Positions 52,300-64,000 of a stretch of 64,000 nucleotides of DNA are shown here, piece after piece; position 1 is the first letter of the stretch, and the number at the start of each line of letters is the position of its first letter. The notes beneath the pieces were generated by a model. The model searched no databases. It saw only the letters and a list, made by a program, of their open reading frames with translations, and was not told the origin of the DNA. Made by a program: the position numbers and the translations under genes. Source of the DNA: Haliotis rubra (Eukaryota); assembly GCF_003918875.1 (NCBI RefSeq), contig NW_025766966.1:62001-126000 (forward strand), in the 5' to 3' direction.

Positions 52300-53260
52300 C
52301 ACAAGTAGGATGCAATTCAGAAGTCACTTCTGGGCATAGACGGTGTGAGGTGCTCGTGTCAAGATTACGAGACTTCTTAAGGTACATGTAGCTGTTTTGA
52401 TGTGTACAGATCATACTGAGAAAACAACATGTGAAATGTTGGTCATCTTAATGGATAACGTCTACGCAAAATTTAGGGGTAAAACTTTCAGACAAGAAAT
52501 AGGCACCATTAAGCTCCCTTCCTTCCTGATCGGTTTCTCTATGCATATAGGTCGGAATTTCTCAGGCTGGCAAATCAAAACCATGTTACTTGGCCAACAA
52601 GATTAGCTTCAGGTGTATCGAGGACCTGTTATCCCATACTCAATTCTTCCTTCATGTCGAGCAATGTTCCAACAGCTCCAGCCTTTGAACCCGTGAAGGT
52701 CCGGGTTAGAATGAACCTTCAGTAACCCATGCTTGTCGTAAGAGGCGACTAACGTGATCGGGTGGTCAGGCTCACTGGCTTGGTTGACACATGTCATTGA
52801 CTCCCAGTTGCGCAGATTGAGGCTCATGCTGTTGATCACTGGATTGTCTGGTCCAGACTAGATTATTTACAGACTGCCGCAATATAGCTGGAATATTGCT
52901 GAGCGTGTCGTTAAACTAAACTCACTCACTCCAGCCTTTGATGTTACATTTCACAGCGTTTGAGATACAATAGAGCAGGGATCTTTTTTTTAATAATTTG
53001 AAGAGATCTATAATACTTTAGCTCAGAAGTTGCTCGATCAAGGTTACAACATTCAAGGCCCCAGTAAGGCTTTAAAAGGTTTTATGGTAGACACGTGAAA
53101 GACATTTCCAAATATGACGCATCAGTAGCACACATTATACAATTCCCCACATGGAGTTGTTCAATACGTTCGCGTGTAAGGTAAGCAATTGATTTGCTTT
53201 TCACGGCGGGTGCAACCGGTTGGGTTGAATGCGCTTACCTTATCGGGAACACCTGTATCA
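52300..53260 (+). mobile_element. Penelope-like retroelement RT relic interrupted by SINE A
   Basis: L.DNVY..F.GK.FRQ.IG; KLL.QGY; FYGRH; 3' acggcgggtg...gcttacc..aacacctg motif. Confidence 0.55.
52690..52928 (+). mobile_element. SINE family A, full length
   Basis: 13-bp TSD ctccagcctttga (52676-88, 52929-41). Confidence 0.92.
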
Positions 53261-53646
53261 TTACTATTTAATGTGATTCATAAACACATGCTCACGATAT
53301 GTATAGTCGAATCGAACAGTCAGCTCTGCTTTTAGTAGAAATTTCTTATGGATTTTGGAATGGAGTAGGTTATTTAGATTCACATAGCCAATTTGTAAAT
53401 TTGACAGCATCCGAGATCAAAGTTAAGCAAAAATAGATATTGGCGATGTCAGAATGATTCATTATTCATTTAAAAGTGGTTGGGCATTGGTGGTTGCCTC
53501 TGATTGGTTACCTTAAGGCTGCTGAACAACGTAGCATGGCAACATCCAGACACTTATGGCAGTGTTCGAATTCTTTATCGTCAAGCAAAGTGATGACCGT
53601 TTCGCTGAAAATACATGTACAGATACGGGTAATGACTTCGATTCAT

Positions 53647-53801
53647 GGGGGTAGCCTAGTGTTTGAAGCGTTCGCTCGTCACGCCGAAGACCCGGTTCCG
53701 ATTCCTCACATGGGTACTATGTGAGAAGCCCATTTCTGGTGCCCCCGCTGTGATATTGCTGAAATAGTGCTAAAAGCGGCGTAAAACTAAACTCACTCAC
53801 T
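53647..53801 (+). mobile_element. tRNA-derived SINE family B
   Basis: gggggtagcctagtgtttgaagcgttcgctcgtcacgccgaagacccggttccgattcc...gcggcgtaaaactaaactcactcac. Confidence 0.85.
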
Positions 53802-54064
53802 TCCATTCACCTTCAAAAATTCAATATATCAACACTATTTCGAAAGAAACATCATCCATATACATTTCCTTGTCCATCACGCAGGAAAGACTGTCCAAAG
53901 TGGTTTTGTTGTTTGTTCCCAGCTTACAGACACCTGTAAAGGTTTCCGTCATACATCATTTTATTTCAAACTAGTCTCCACTCAGTGGATCACTGAAAGT
54001 AACTTGAAAAAGCCATGTGATGCTTAATTAAATGAATACAAATTAAGTCGACTTTATACATCTC

Positions 54065-54308
54065 CCCGTGAAGATCCGGGTTAGAATTGATTTTCAGTAA
54101 CCCATGCTTGTCGTAAGAGGCGACTAACGGGATCGGGTGGTCAGGCTCGCTGACTTGGTTGACACATGTCATCGGTTCCCAATTGCGTAGATCGAGGCTC
54201 ATGCTGTTGATCACTGGATTGTCTGGTCCAGACTCGATTATTTACAGACCTCCGCCATATAGCTGGAATATTGCTGAGTGCGACGTAAAACTAAACTCAC
54301 TCACTCAC
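54065..54308 (+). mobile_element. SINE family A, full length
   Basis: Full consensus from cccgtg to the (actc)n tail. Confidence 0.9.
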
Positions 54309-56299
54309 CTACTTAATATACTAAATGTATGAATTGTTTTAGTAACAGTATGGCCGATGTGACTATAACTCATAACTCATAACTCACTCACTCACTCACT
54401 CACTCACTCAGGCGTTTATGTCGCTTTTAAGAACTGTAATCTGATGGGACGGTTTTGTCCTTTACAAATTTTAGATTTCACTATTTGCCTGCTAGAGTTA
54501 ATGGGGTATTAATATGGGCTCTGACTGTACACCGCGCTCATGATATCTCTAATCATGTAATAGATACCTGTTTTGCTTCAGTAACTTCCTGTATATTATT
54601 GTATTTCCGAGACCGAAGAAAGGTTCCTTCGGGTATACACGGATATGAAAAGAGATGTGTATAGTACTTACTGAACATAAAGACATATGGTAACAGGTGG
54701 CACACAACAAACTTACACACTATAAAATACATCAGAATACTATACATGCATTAGTGGAGGTACTACTTACATGAGTTTCCGATACCATTTCCAACTACAC
54801 ACTGTTAAATGCTCTTTTTATGCCGTCTCGTGGGAATACAAGGCATATAAAACAAATGCGATGGCGAATCGGATGCAATAACACCGGAACCCCAGAACAA
54901 GACTTGTTAGTACTGGTCGCAGGCAGCGGTTAATGGCTCCCATCATTGTTGCTCTGGACAGACATATCATGGAAGTGATGCGTCATTTATGTGGCAAGCC
55001 TGGCCAATATGTCAACAGTCACGGGATCTTTGTGCCAAGGCACGTTTATAGTGTAAACCTGAGAAGTTGTGAACTATTCATGCAGCCAACATTCTGAGAC
55101 AAAAGATCACGAAGACCTCAATACTCAGTGACATGTCATTACCAAATATTCAATTAATATAGGAGTGTTTTGTTCCAATCACATCGTGGTGTCCAGTGCA
55201 CCTGTGCATCCTTAAGAAACCAAGAACCGACGCTGAGCAGCTGGTTACCACCAGTGTATATCCTCTCCTTCCAGCATACAGCTGAGAAATCTGGATGACA
55301 TCCTTGATAACCGAAGGAGACGCTGGTTGAAGTGTTCACTTAGCATGCTGAATGGCCCGGGTTTGATTCCTGACATGGATAAACTGTATGAAGTAGTTGC
55401 TGGTGTCCCCTGTCGGGATGTCGCTGGAATAGTGTTGACAGTGGCATGAAACCACTCAACAGGCTAACAATTTGTGGCACTTTTGAAGTGATCTTTCATT
55501 ATTGTGTCCTGAATAACCACAGTACCACGAGTTAAGTGCAGAATAGTGCATGTTCTTAATTGACATCCTCGGGTCCATTTTTAACCTTTTCATAAATATT
55601 GACTTCTGTTTGCCTCGGTCTCGTCAAGCGGATCAAATTCAGATGTTGTGTTATCAATAACAATTAATTTTTAACTCATCAACCAATTTTACGTTCAATG
55701 TTCAGAGAGTTGTTTCATGTTAGTGAAGTGTTTTGATGAATTGTTCCAAGAAACATTTGTGATTCATTCAGGATGTGAACAGGAATTTCAAACTTCCAGA
55801 TAGGAGAAAAATCATTGTATTTACATAATCATTCGACGTGGCCATTCATTCCTAGCCAGAATATCAATACGATCTTCATATCACAAAATGGAATTGATTT
55901 CCGCTGCATTCTGCAAGATCGTGCTTGACATCACATGACTTTACGTTGCGCCTTCTCTGACTTATAACCACTGGGTTAATGATGAAGCTTGGTGTAAAGT
56001 GCTTTGTCGTAATCCTTTTGTGTCGTAATGCGAGATATCGATTCACTCCATTATATTTATTTATACACGAGATTTATGATATTGTCAAAACTACGTTTAT
56101 CATAAACATTCTGGTGGAAAATCTCGGTCTCCTGTGACATTTATGTTCCTGTATTGTTGATTCATTTCATTGACATCTTTATGTTCAGATTCCATTAAAA
56201 TCCAAAAGAGATCATCTTACAGCAAACCGATCTGTTCCAGTGATATCAGTGTGTTGAGTGAGTTAACAGGAGAGTGTGGACAAAGACAAGCTCATTTTT

Positions 56300-57044
56300 A
56301 TGATGGCTGATGCAAATATTACGTCAGGAGTCTTGTTTATGACACTCCACGGCAAGGAGATCACAATGGTTAGTCTTGGCATAAACATAGTTATATTCTT
56401 AGTGGGATTCCTTTCCCTATCTCTGAATGCAATTATTGTGGACAGTTTGGTGAAGAGAACTGCTCTGGAGGCCACGGATCTGGTGATGTGCCATCTTGCC
56501 GTCACCGACATGCTCACAGGGGTCCTTGTCATTCACACAGTTGGGTACAACATCATCAATTTTCAGAGTGCTACAGAATGTCTGATTCGTCTTGGCGTCG
56601 TATTCACCTTCGTGTGTTGCTCTGTCTATCATCTGGCCCTCCTGACAGTGGATAGGTTCGTGAAGATTGTCTTCCCCTACCGTTACCAGGATGTCATCAC
56701 CCGGAAGTCCGTGTCCATCATGTCGGCTGTCATTTGGGTCTTCTCCGTCAACCTCGGTCTCATCCCGGCCTACGGCTGGAGGGATACACCAGCACCTTCA
56801 GAACCTGCATGTTCTCTGCTTGGAGTCTTAACGGCAGGATACATACAGATGGGACTGTTTTTCAACTTCTTACCACTTGTCGTAATTTGCGTCCTGTACA
56901 TGAAGATATTTCTGGTCGCCAGGAGACATTCCCGCGCGATCGCAGCTACTGACGTCACAGGGAACAAGAACTCTGGGAGCATGAAGTTCACCAAAACAGT
57001 GGTTATCCTGATTGGAGCTTACATCGTCTCGTTTTCACCTCTAG
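56300..57044 (+). CDS. Class A GPCR, coding exon copy 3 (divergent paralog; N-terminus to mid-TM6)
   Basis: Same motifs and the same ATG-to-donor length (745 nt). Donor G|GTAAGA after 57044 (phase 1). Upstream acceptor atgttcag at 56188. Confidence 0.9.
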
Positions 57045-59019
57045 GTAAGACAAGTGGTTTTCACCCATATTCATAGCTTCCCTACTTTAGATGTCTGAAA
57101 ATGGATCAACCACCAAGACTAAATTCAGTTCGACAAAACTTAACTTGATTGAGATTTGAACATTTAAATAGTATGTTATGTTTACATGACCATCGTCTGA
57201 ACCTACATCATCTCGTATTAGCTCTTAGTAATGAGACCTCGACCCACAGATACAGCAGTACAACATCATGAATGTTCTGATATACTGTATTATTCGTATG
57301 TGTCAAGCCTGGCCAATAGATCAACAGACACAGGATCTATGTTCAAAGGCATATTTACAGTGTAGTCCTGAGGATATTCCGTTGTCAAATATTCAAGCTT
57401 CGTGTCAAAAGTGAATAAGTAAGAGTAAAACTTGACGTCGACCAGCACTGAAAGGAAAAGGGTTATATGATGTGCAGTAGAAGTTATTTCAGTTATTCTT
57501 TCGATAGAAGATACCACTAAAGCATTGAAACTGGTAACACATCCGCTCTTTGTCATATGAACATTTTCAACGTATAGGTTGCTGTAGTTAGTATCATGGG
57601 TTTTTTTTAAATCTTACGGATGCTGATTGAAACAACCGCTATAGGACCTTAGTTTCACGATTTAACGACAAGATATGCATGTATGGACAAGATCTGCACG
57701 AGGTACTTAAAACTGTGCTTTGGATATATCGTATGAAAATCATTGCTCAGAAATTCTGAGCACAATATCATTTGCTTATATGAATCACAGCCACTGAACA
57801 CTGAACTCTCAACGACGTCGTTTTGGTGATGACCAAAGAGTTAGACATATACGTAAGCAACTTGTTCACAACATTATGAACAAGCAAATTGTATACATGA
57901 AGGATTTTTGAGTTTATACAATTGACGAGGTTCATGTACAGTACGTTGAGTAGATTGGAATTGGGTCACCACAACGTCACTGTGCAGACGTCTTCGATGT
58001 CAGCCAATATGTGTGATCAAAAGGGCATGGAGTCAGTAACAGACCTTTGGATCAGCTACCTGGTGACATGTGGGTGTAGACACCGTTTCACCACACAGCA
58101 GGGAGACGTCATCACTTCCTGTCTGACGAACCCTTAGACTTTTCAAATGACTTTTGTTCATTAAACATGTCTTCACGCAATACTGTTATTGGCTATTTAA
58201 CAGATGCGCATAATTTGACATACTACCTTTGTGATCCTTAACAAACTTTGAATAGTGTACATCTCGATTGGGCGAAAAGGGGCTCTTATGTACGAAGTTC
58301 ATTGTCATCCTGAACGTGATGTGTAATCGTGACCGCCTAACTGATCAATTCCCACATGTTTCCTGGGCCGTTGAGGGAGTCCATCGTAAAACTTTACGTT
58401 ACCGATGTTTATCAGGGTTTTTTTCGAATTAGTGAATCGGGTGGTTAGGCTCGTGACGGGTTTTACATCCAAAACAAGTAGTATGGATCACTGATCAGAG
58501 ATCAGGTTATTGTGAAACCATACCTACTCTTACTGCACAACAAACCAGGGAACGCGTGTAAAAAAATCTAACTATTTCACCGGCGAGATGGAAGATAGTG
58601 TGTTTACCGTCGGAGTAATGAACGTTTTGCCCCTAATTGCATTCGACAGGTCGACAGATTCAGTGGAGAATGTGTCATGGCGGTGCGGTATCCAGCCAGA
58701 GGCGTAGCTACCATTATAAAAAAAAGCCCGGGCTTACACGTGATTTTGAAAGTGAAAGTTTGGCAAGCCCTCAATACTAACTAAATATAAGATTTGAAAC
58801 CTATCGGGCTTACACGAAGAAATTGGCTTGCTACGCGCCTGCCAGCACACAAAGATCTGATTAAGTGGTGGTTCAGGGGAATTTGACAGCAAATCTGTAC
58901 ATCAACGAAGTCCTTGGACGTCTAATGCTTCCGATTATGGGGTATCCTCCCATTTGTCACACAGCTAATCCCCTGCCTGTTACCTCTTAATGAAATTGGA
59001 ATGGCCCATAAAATAAATA

Positions 59020-59880
59020 ACAGAACAGAACAGAACGTTATTACACTCAGGCCGATATCATCGGCAGATCGGCATATAAGGTACAAATGACAATAAATGA
59101 TAATATTATGGTAGTAGTATAATGGTAGTTAGCCGGAAAATTTTACAATTTGCATGATATATTTACAGAATGCTCTGAGATTTTCATAACAGATACCTTT
59201 TACAAGTAAAGAGTGATTTAAATTTTAACATATTTAGAGAATATGTTTGACCCTTTTTGGAATTTTCAATCTCTGGGCTCCAGATTTGAATTGAATGAGC
59301 TGTATTTTTTATCCAGGGAGATTAAATAGGAGACTGTGAAAGCCATACATAACCAATGTTATTAAAAATATTCTCTGTACATGAAATCCAGCTACAGTTG
59401 TGAATACCTTCATTATGAAGATTATATACAATAGAGCAAAATATTAAAACTGTTTGTAAATAATTTAGACCAAGAAGTTAACATAAGAGTTTTAACATCA
59501 AAAGATACTGGGACTCTACCAAATTCACCATAAAGCATATACAACCGGGTCCTTTTCTTTAATACTTTTCTCATATAACATATATGTAATTTTCAATTTG
59601 TTTTGATTTAACATATCCCCAAATTTCACAACGATACAACAAAATTGGTTTCACCATTGAATCAAAGAGATATAGTTGACATTGTATTGATAAGTTTAAC
59701 ATACGACAAAATACATGGCTTTAGAAGCTTGTTGACAAAGATTTGATATAGATAATCTGAAAGAACATTTTCTATCAAAAATAACTCCAAAATATTTGTA
59801 CACAATATCAGTTTTCCTTAGGTTCAACTAACTGGTTGAAATATCCAGTTGGGACATTCCCATTTATATTTGGGTGTTGC
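59020..59880 (-). mobile_element. Decayed CR1/L2-group LINE 3' fragment
   Basis: (TTCTG)n-type tail, YGE(F)GR.P motif, and YxxEIWG-like remnants on the minus strand. Confidence 0.55.
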
Positions 59881-59959
59881 CCTAATTAATCTCTAGTCCA
59901 GTGTCTGACAATTGGGATGTCTAACTAATGATAGTAAACCGATTAGGGACCGACAGAGG

Positions 59960-60440
59960 GAGTTGTTAGAGCATGACAACGCTACTTCACGGTCCGCTAC
60001 CTTGCCAACGAATTCTAACGTCAATGTCTTGCCATGGCCTTGCCGATCATCAGATCTAAACCCGATAGAACACATATGGGATGAACTCGATCGACGTGTA
60101 CGTCAACGTCAAAACTTCCAAAAGTGACCATCGCATTGCAGGAAGAGTGGGGAAGAATTTCGCAAGATCGACTTCCTCGACTTATCCAGTCTGCCGAGAC
60201 GGTGCCGAGAAGCAATTGCTGACAATGGTGGCCATACAAAGTACTGACTTTGACGCCATCTTGTGGACTCAAGTAAACAGAAACACAGATAAAAACTGTT
60301 GTTGTGTTGGCGAACTCTTTGTCTATAGACGTGTAAATTTTCACCATTTTGCCATTAAAATTACATGAAATAATTGCTCTTAAACTAGCGCAATATATTC
60401 TTCTAAAATGTCTTATGCGTTCCTTTTTTTTGAAGAGTGT
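59960..60440 (+). mobile_element. Tc1 catalytic-end fragment
   Basis: HDNA..., VLPWP..S.DLNPIEHIWDELDRRVR, GGHTKY*. Confidence 0.8.
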
Positions 60441-60700
60441 ATGTCATCGATATGCTTGATGTTCATCGTTTGGCCGAAGTACCTTTTTGATGATGTCAAA
60501 TTCGTATGCATAAAGAAACAGATCATCAAGGGGGAGAGTTAGTGCCCATTGGGAAGTCATTATGTCACAGTCATCTGCTTATGTGGTGTGTACTGTTGGG
60601 TGTGTTAGAATTATGTATTTTCAATGCAATATATTTGAAGAATAAGATTATCCTCGTGCCACCTCATGACTGACGTCCATAAAAATAACACGTTGATATA

Positions 60701-61794
60701 TACTAGGCAGTAAAAGAAACGTCAGTTTGGAATTTTCCTTCGCAAAAACGGATTACTGTAAACTCATTTAATGTTTTGATTGTATATTTTTGATAACATC
60801 TCCAACTTTACCTGAGCAAAGACATTCCTTCCCAAACTCAGAATGGAACCCAGAAAATGGTCTCAAAAACGCAACCTGATCTCGGAGATGGTACGGTGTT
60901 CTCCATGTGTTTCATGCAACTCATGCTGCACGTGCTGTTCACAAGGACCAACCCTATAAAATGCACCCCCAAACCAGGTTGAAACATTCACATTACAACG
61001 TCAGCAGGATGCCGCGACTCACGACAGCTCAGAAGAACCAGGCGCTAGGAAGACTTGAAGCTGGCCACACCGCACAAGCCGTTGCCAATCACTTCCAGGT
61101 CAACGTTTGGACCAACTACAGGCTGCAGCAACGTTTCCGGGTCACCAACACCACAAATAATCGCCCCGTACTGGCAGACCAAAGGTGACCACAAGACGAA
61201 AAGACCGCCATGTTGTGCGACAGCATGTACAGAATCCCTTCATGCAGGCATCCGAAACAGCACGCCAGACAGTGGGAACACACGGAAGACCAATCAGTAC
61301 TGATACAGTACGCCGACGTCTTAACAGCGGGAACCTCCATTCCCGTAGACCTTAGCGTGGACCTATCCTCACCCCTCGACATCGGCGTGAACGTCTAGAG
61401 TTTGCCCTGCAACACCAAAACTGGTGATAAAGGCAATACAGAACTGTTCTGTTCACAGATGAGAGTCGGTACTGCGTATCAACTGCAGATGGCAGAACAA
61501 GAATATGGCGACGACGTGGCCAGCGTTACTCAGACCAATCTCTTCTGGAAAGAGACTCATGGGGAGGTGCAAGCATCATGGTATGGGGTGGAATAGGCCT
61601 GAACCAGAGAGTGGGTCCTGTGGTGTTGCAGAACCTTGGTCCAGGGAGAGGAGGCGGCATCACAGCGGTGCGCTACATCGACCAAGCTCTCAGACCCCAC
61701 GTCATACCACATTTCGCGCGTCACCGGAACAGTCTACAGTTATCCGTTTCTGCGAAGGAAAATTCCAAACTGACGTTTCTTTTGCTGCTTAGTA
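60701..61794 (+). mobile_element. Internally deleted Tc1 element with intact ~58-bp TIRs
   Basis: tactaggcagtaaaagaaacgtcagtttggaattttccttcgca / tgcgaaggaaaattccaaactgacgtttcttttgctgcttagta. Motifs MPRLT..Q.NQALGRL, LFTDESR, MVWGGIG; truncated before the second Asp. Confidence 0.88.
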
Positions 61795-62312
61795 TATATT
61801 GGAAATAGTTACTTATGTTCTTGCGTGTGGATGGCATATGGTTACTTGTTTTTAATACAAATATTTAATATTCTAGTTATTTTACTATCCTTTCTTGGCA
61901 GATATTTATATCGTTTAAGTTTATTTAGTTAATATTGCTTTCATAGTCATAAAATGTCATAATATTGTCGATATTAACTCACTCACACACTTTATTGGAA
62001 ATATTTAAGGAATGCACATTAAAATCAATCTTCAGTTATCAATATTATTTTGTTTTCTATTTGTGACCGGTTTGAAGCACATGGGCCTAAAATGAGAAAG
62101 TCTGATCATATCGTTTACGATTTAAATAAGCAACCGTATCACCGGTATTCATCACCGTCAATCTCAACGTTTGATGCTGTTGCAGATACAACCGGAACAT
62201 CTCGTAGCATGTGGTTTTCCTCTTTACGGAAGTATAATGTCAAAAATAACAGTTTTGTATTTAGAGTAAACACATAAACTGCTTTCTCTGACAGCATGGT
62301 GTTTTAAACTTT

Positions 62313-62620
62313 GAATACTACAGATGATTCTGTTGCAGCTCTTAGTGATGGCATTTTTGTTCTAACATTGGAATACTACAGATGATTCTGTTGCAGCTCT
62401 TAGTGATGGCATTTTTGTTCTAACATTGGAATACTACAGATGATTCTGTTGCAGTTCTGACTAATGGCATTTTTTTTAACGTTTTAATACTACAAATGGT
62501 TCTGTTGCAGCTCTGAGAGTATTTTTGTTCTAACGTTGGAATACTACAGATGATTCTGTTGCAGCTCTGATTGATGACATTTTTATCTGGAATACTACAG
62601 ATGATTATTATTTGTTGCAG
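62313..62620 (+). repeat. ~54-58 bp tandem repeat x6 built from the 3' splice site of the terminal GPCR exon
   Basis: Unit gaatactacagatgattctgttgcag-ctcttagtgatggcatttttgttctaacattg; tgttgcag ends at 62338, 62396, 62454, 62510, 62564, 62620. Confidence 0.9.
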
Positions 62621-62862
62621 CTATGATAGCCTTGGTGTACACGTTTGGAGGATTTCACGAAATGTCTGCAACAGATGTTGGTGACTACATCGTTTACGCC
62701 AGCGTCCTGACGTTCGCAAACTCCCTCGTCAACCCCATCATCTACGCTTTCAAGTTGCCGCCAGTCAGGAGGAGACTACTCCGCTTTCTTGGCAAGAGCA
62801 ACAACTCTTCAAATCCAACCACTAGTGGAACCGTACAGACAATTGCCACCGATATGGATTAA
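62621..62862 (+). CDS. Class A GPCR terminal exon (end of TM6, ECL3, TM7 NSLVNPIIY, helix 8, C-tail)
   Basis: Acceptor tttgttgcag|CT is phase-compatible with all three donors (G+CT=Ala). NPxxY motif, Ser/Thr-rich tail, stop TAA. Confidence 0.92.
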
Positions 62863-63149
62863 AGGGAATCGATGTTTATTTCGAAACAAAAGACAGTGTG
62901 TAGAACGAAATGAACAATGCTACAGATCATTGACTAATATTTCCTTAAAACGGCTTTGAAACTCAATGTTTGGATTATATTACCTGCTTTGTGGCAGTTT
63001 ATCAGCCATGAAATGAATAACAATTAAACTTGTCAGTTTTTGACTGATGACTCATCACCTTCAATTATTATGCATTTATTCCGCGTATGTAACACATTAA
63101 AATACCGTGCAGTACTACTAAGTAAATGGTAAGAGATAGACTTTCGCAA

Positions 63150-63480
63150 AATTAACAGTGGTACGTTGTTGGCATGCACGACACCGGGATGTCCTGTCGC
63201 AACATCGGTACAAACTTGAACATTAACCACACGGTTATTCATTCGGTGTGTGACGGACCATGTGGACAATGATGAAGGGAAGACCTGGAAGACCTGTGAC
63301 AGTGATGACCGAATCCTAGTTCCTCTTGCAAGACCCAATCCAATGACCTATGAACTGCACCGGCAGTGGAGAGTGGGAGTGAGACTCTCCACCAGTCTCA
63401 TTAGATGCTTGCTCCAAGTATGTGTCGCTTGTGACCAGATCTTCATGATCAAAGGGGGGCTGAAGATATGAAAATCGGAA
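63150..63480 (+). mobile_element. Tc1 HTH remnant
   Basis: GRP..T...DDR.LV.LAR.NP..T..EL..W; decayed. Confidence 0.5.
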
Positions 63481-63941
63481 GGCTCCGGGAGATTTGTTTG
63501 CAGATACTTGGTGCTTGGGTGAACTCACATGAAAATGTATGCCAAGTTTAAATGTTTATTATTACTGTTTATTGAATGTATAGTACGTGTCAAGAAGTTT
63601 GTTTTGAGTGCACGCTTGTGAAAAATGCGTTGAATATGTTATTGAAAGACGAGCACTTGTAATGTATGCACATCGAGTCCATTGTTTAGTAAGTTGATGT
63701 ACGTTTCATAGAGCATAATGATAAAGGCATTTGAAGTCAGTTTAAAGTGTACTACAAGCGCCCACAGGGTTTGCTATTTTCTTTACTGTACTTCAAATTC
63801 TGTATTTCTTTCCTTGTATTACTTAGTCTTAGCAGGTCTGAATTTGAACAAATGCATATTTCTATATCTGTTATATGAATACTTTTTCTTTACATCTTGT
63901 TGTTCGTACATTTCCGTTTATGTCGGAGATTATTGCCTATT

Positions 63942-64000
63942 GAGTGAGTGAGTTGGGTTTTACGCCTCTTTCAGCAATATTCCAGCAATGTCACGGCGGC
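63942..64000 (-). mobile_element. SINE tail (family B-type) running off the window edge
   Basis: gagtgagtgagttgggttttacgcc..cagcaatattccagcaat.tcacggcgg. Confidence 0.75.

Overview
Repeat-rich eukaryotic DNA, AT-rich with spliced genes and two N gaps. The repeat families suggest a marine mollusc, possibly abalone-like (inference). The only host gene is a class A (rhodopsin-family) GPCR locus on the + strand with an unusual layout. Three intact paralogous coding exons for the N-terminus to mid-TM6 (30411-31155, 47607-48351, 56300-57044) are the same length and end at the same phase-1 donor. Only one matching terminal exon (ECL3-TM7-C-tail, 62621-62862) is visible. This suggests a protocadherin/UGT1-style 'variable exons plus one constant exon' receptor, or partial duplicates. 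The rest is decayed mobile DNA: many Tc1/mariner relics and MITEs, a long-spacer IS630-Tc1 (Sailor-like) element nested in an AcademX relic, a Kolobok-type MITE, a DIRS/Ngaro YR retrotransposon, a Gmr1-like Gypsy, CR1/L2 and Penelope-like fragments, and several SINE-like families sharing an (ACTC)n tail. Two RNA-level signals stand out: a compact HDV-like ribozyme fold at 86-143 (minus strand), and a covarying pseudoknot forming the exact 5' end of a SINE family that has no tRNA head.
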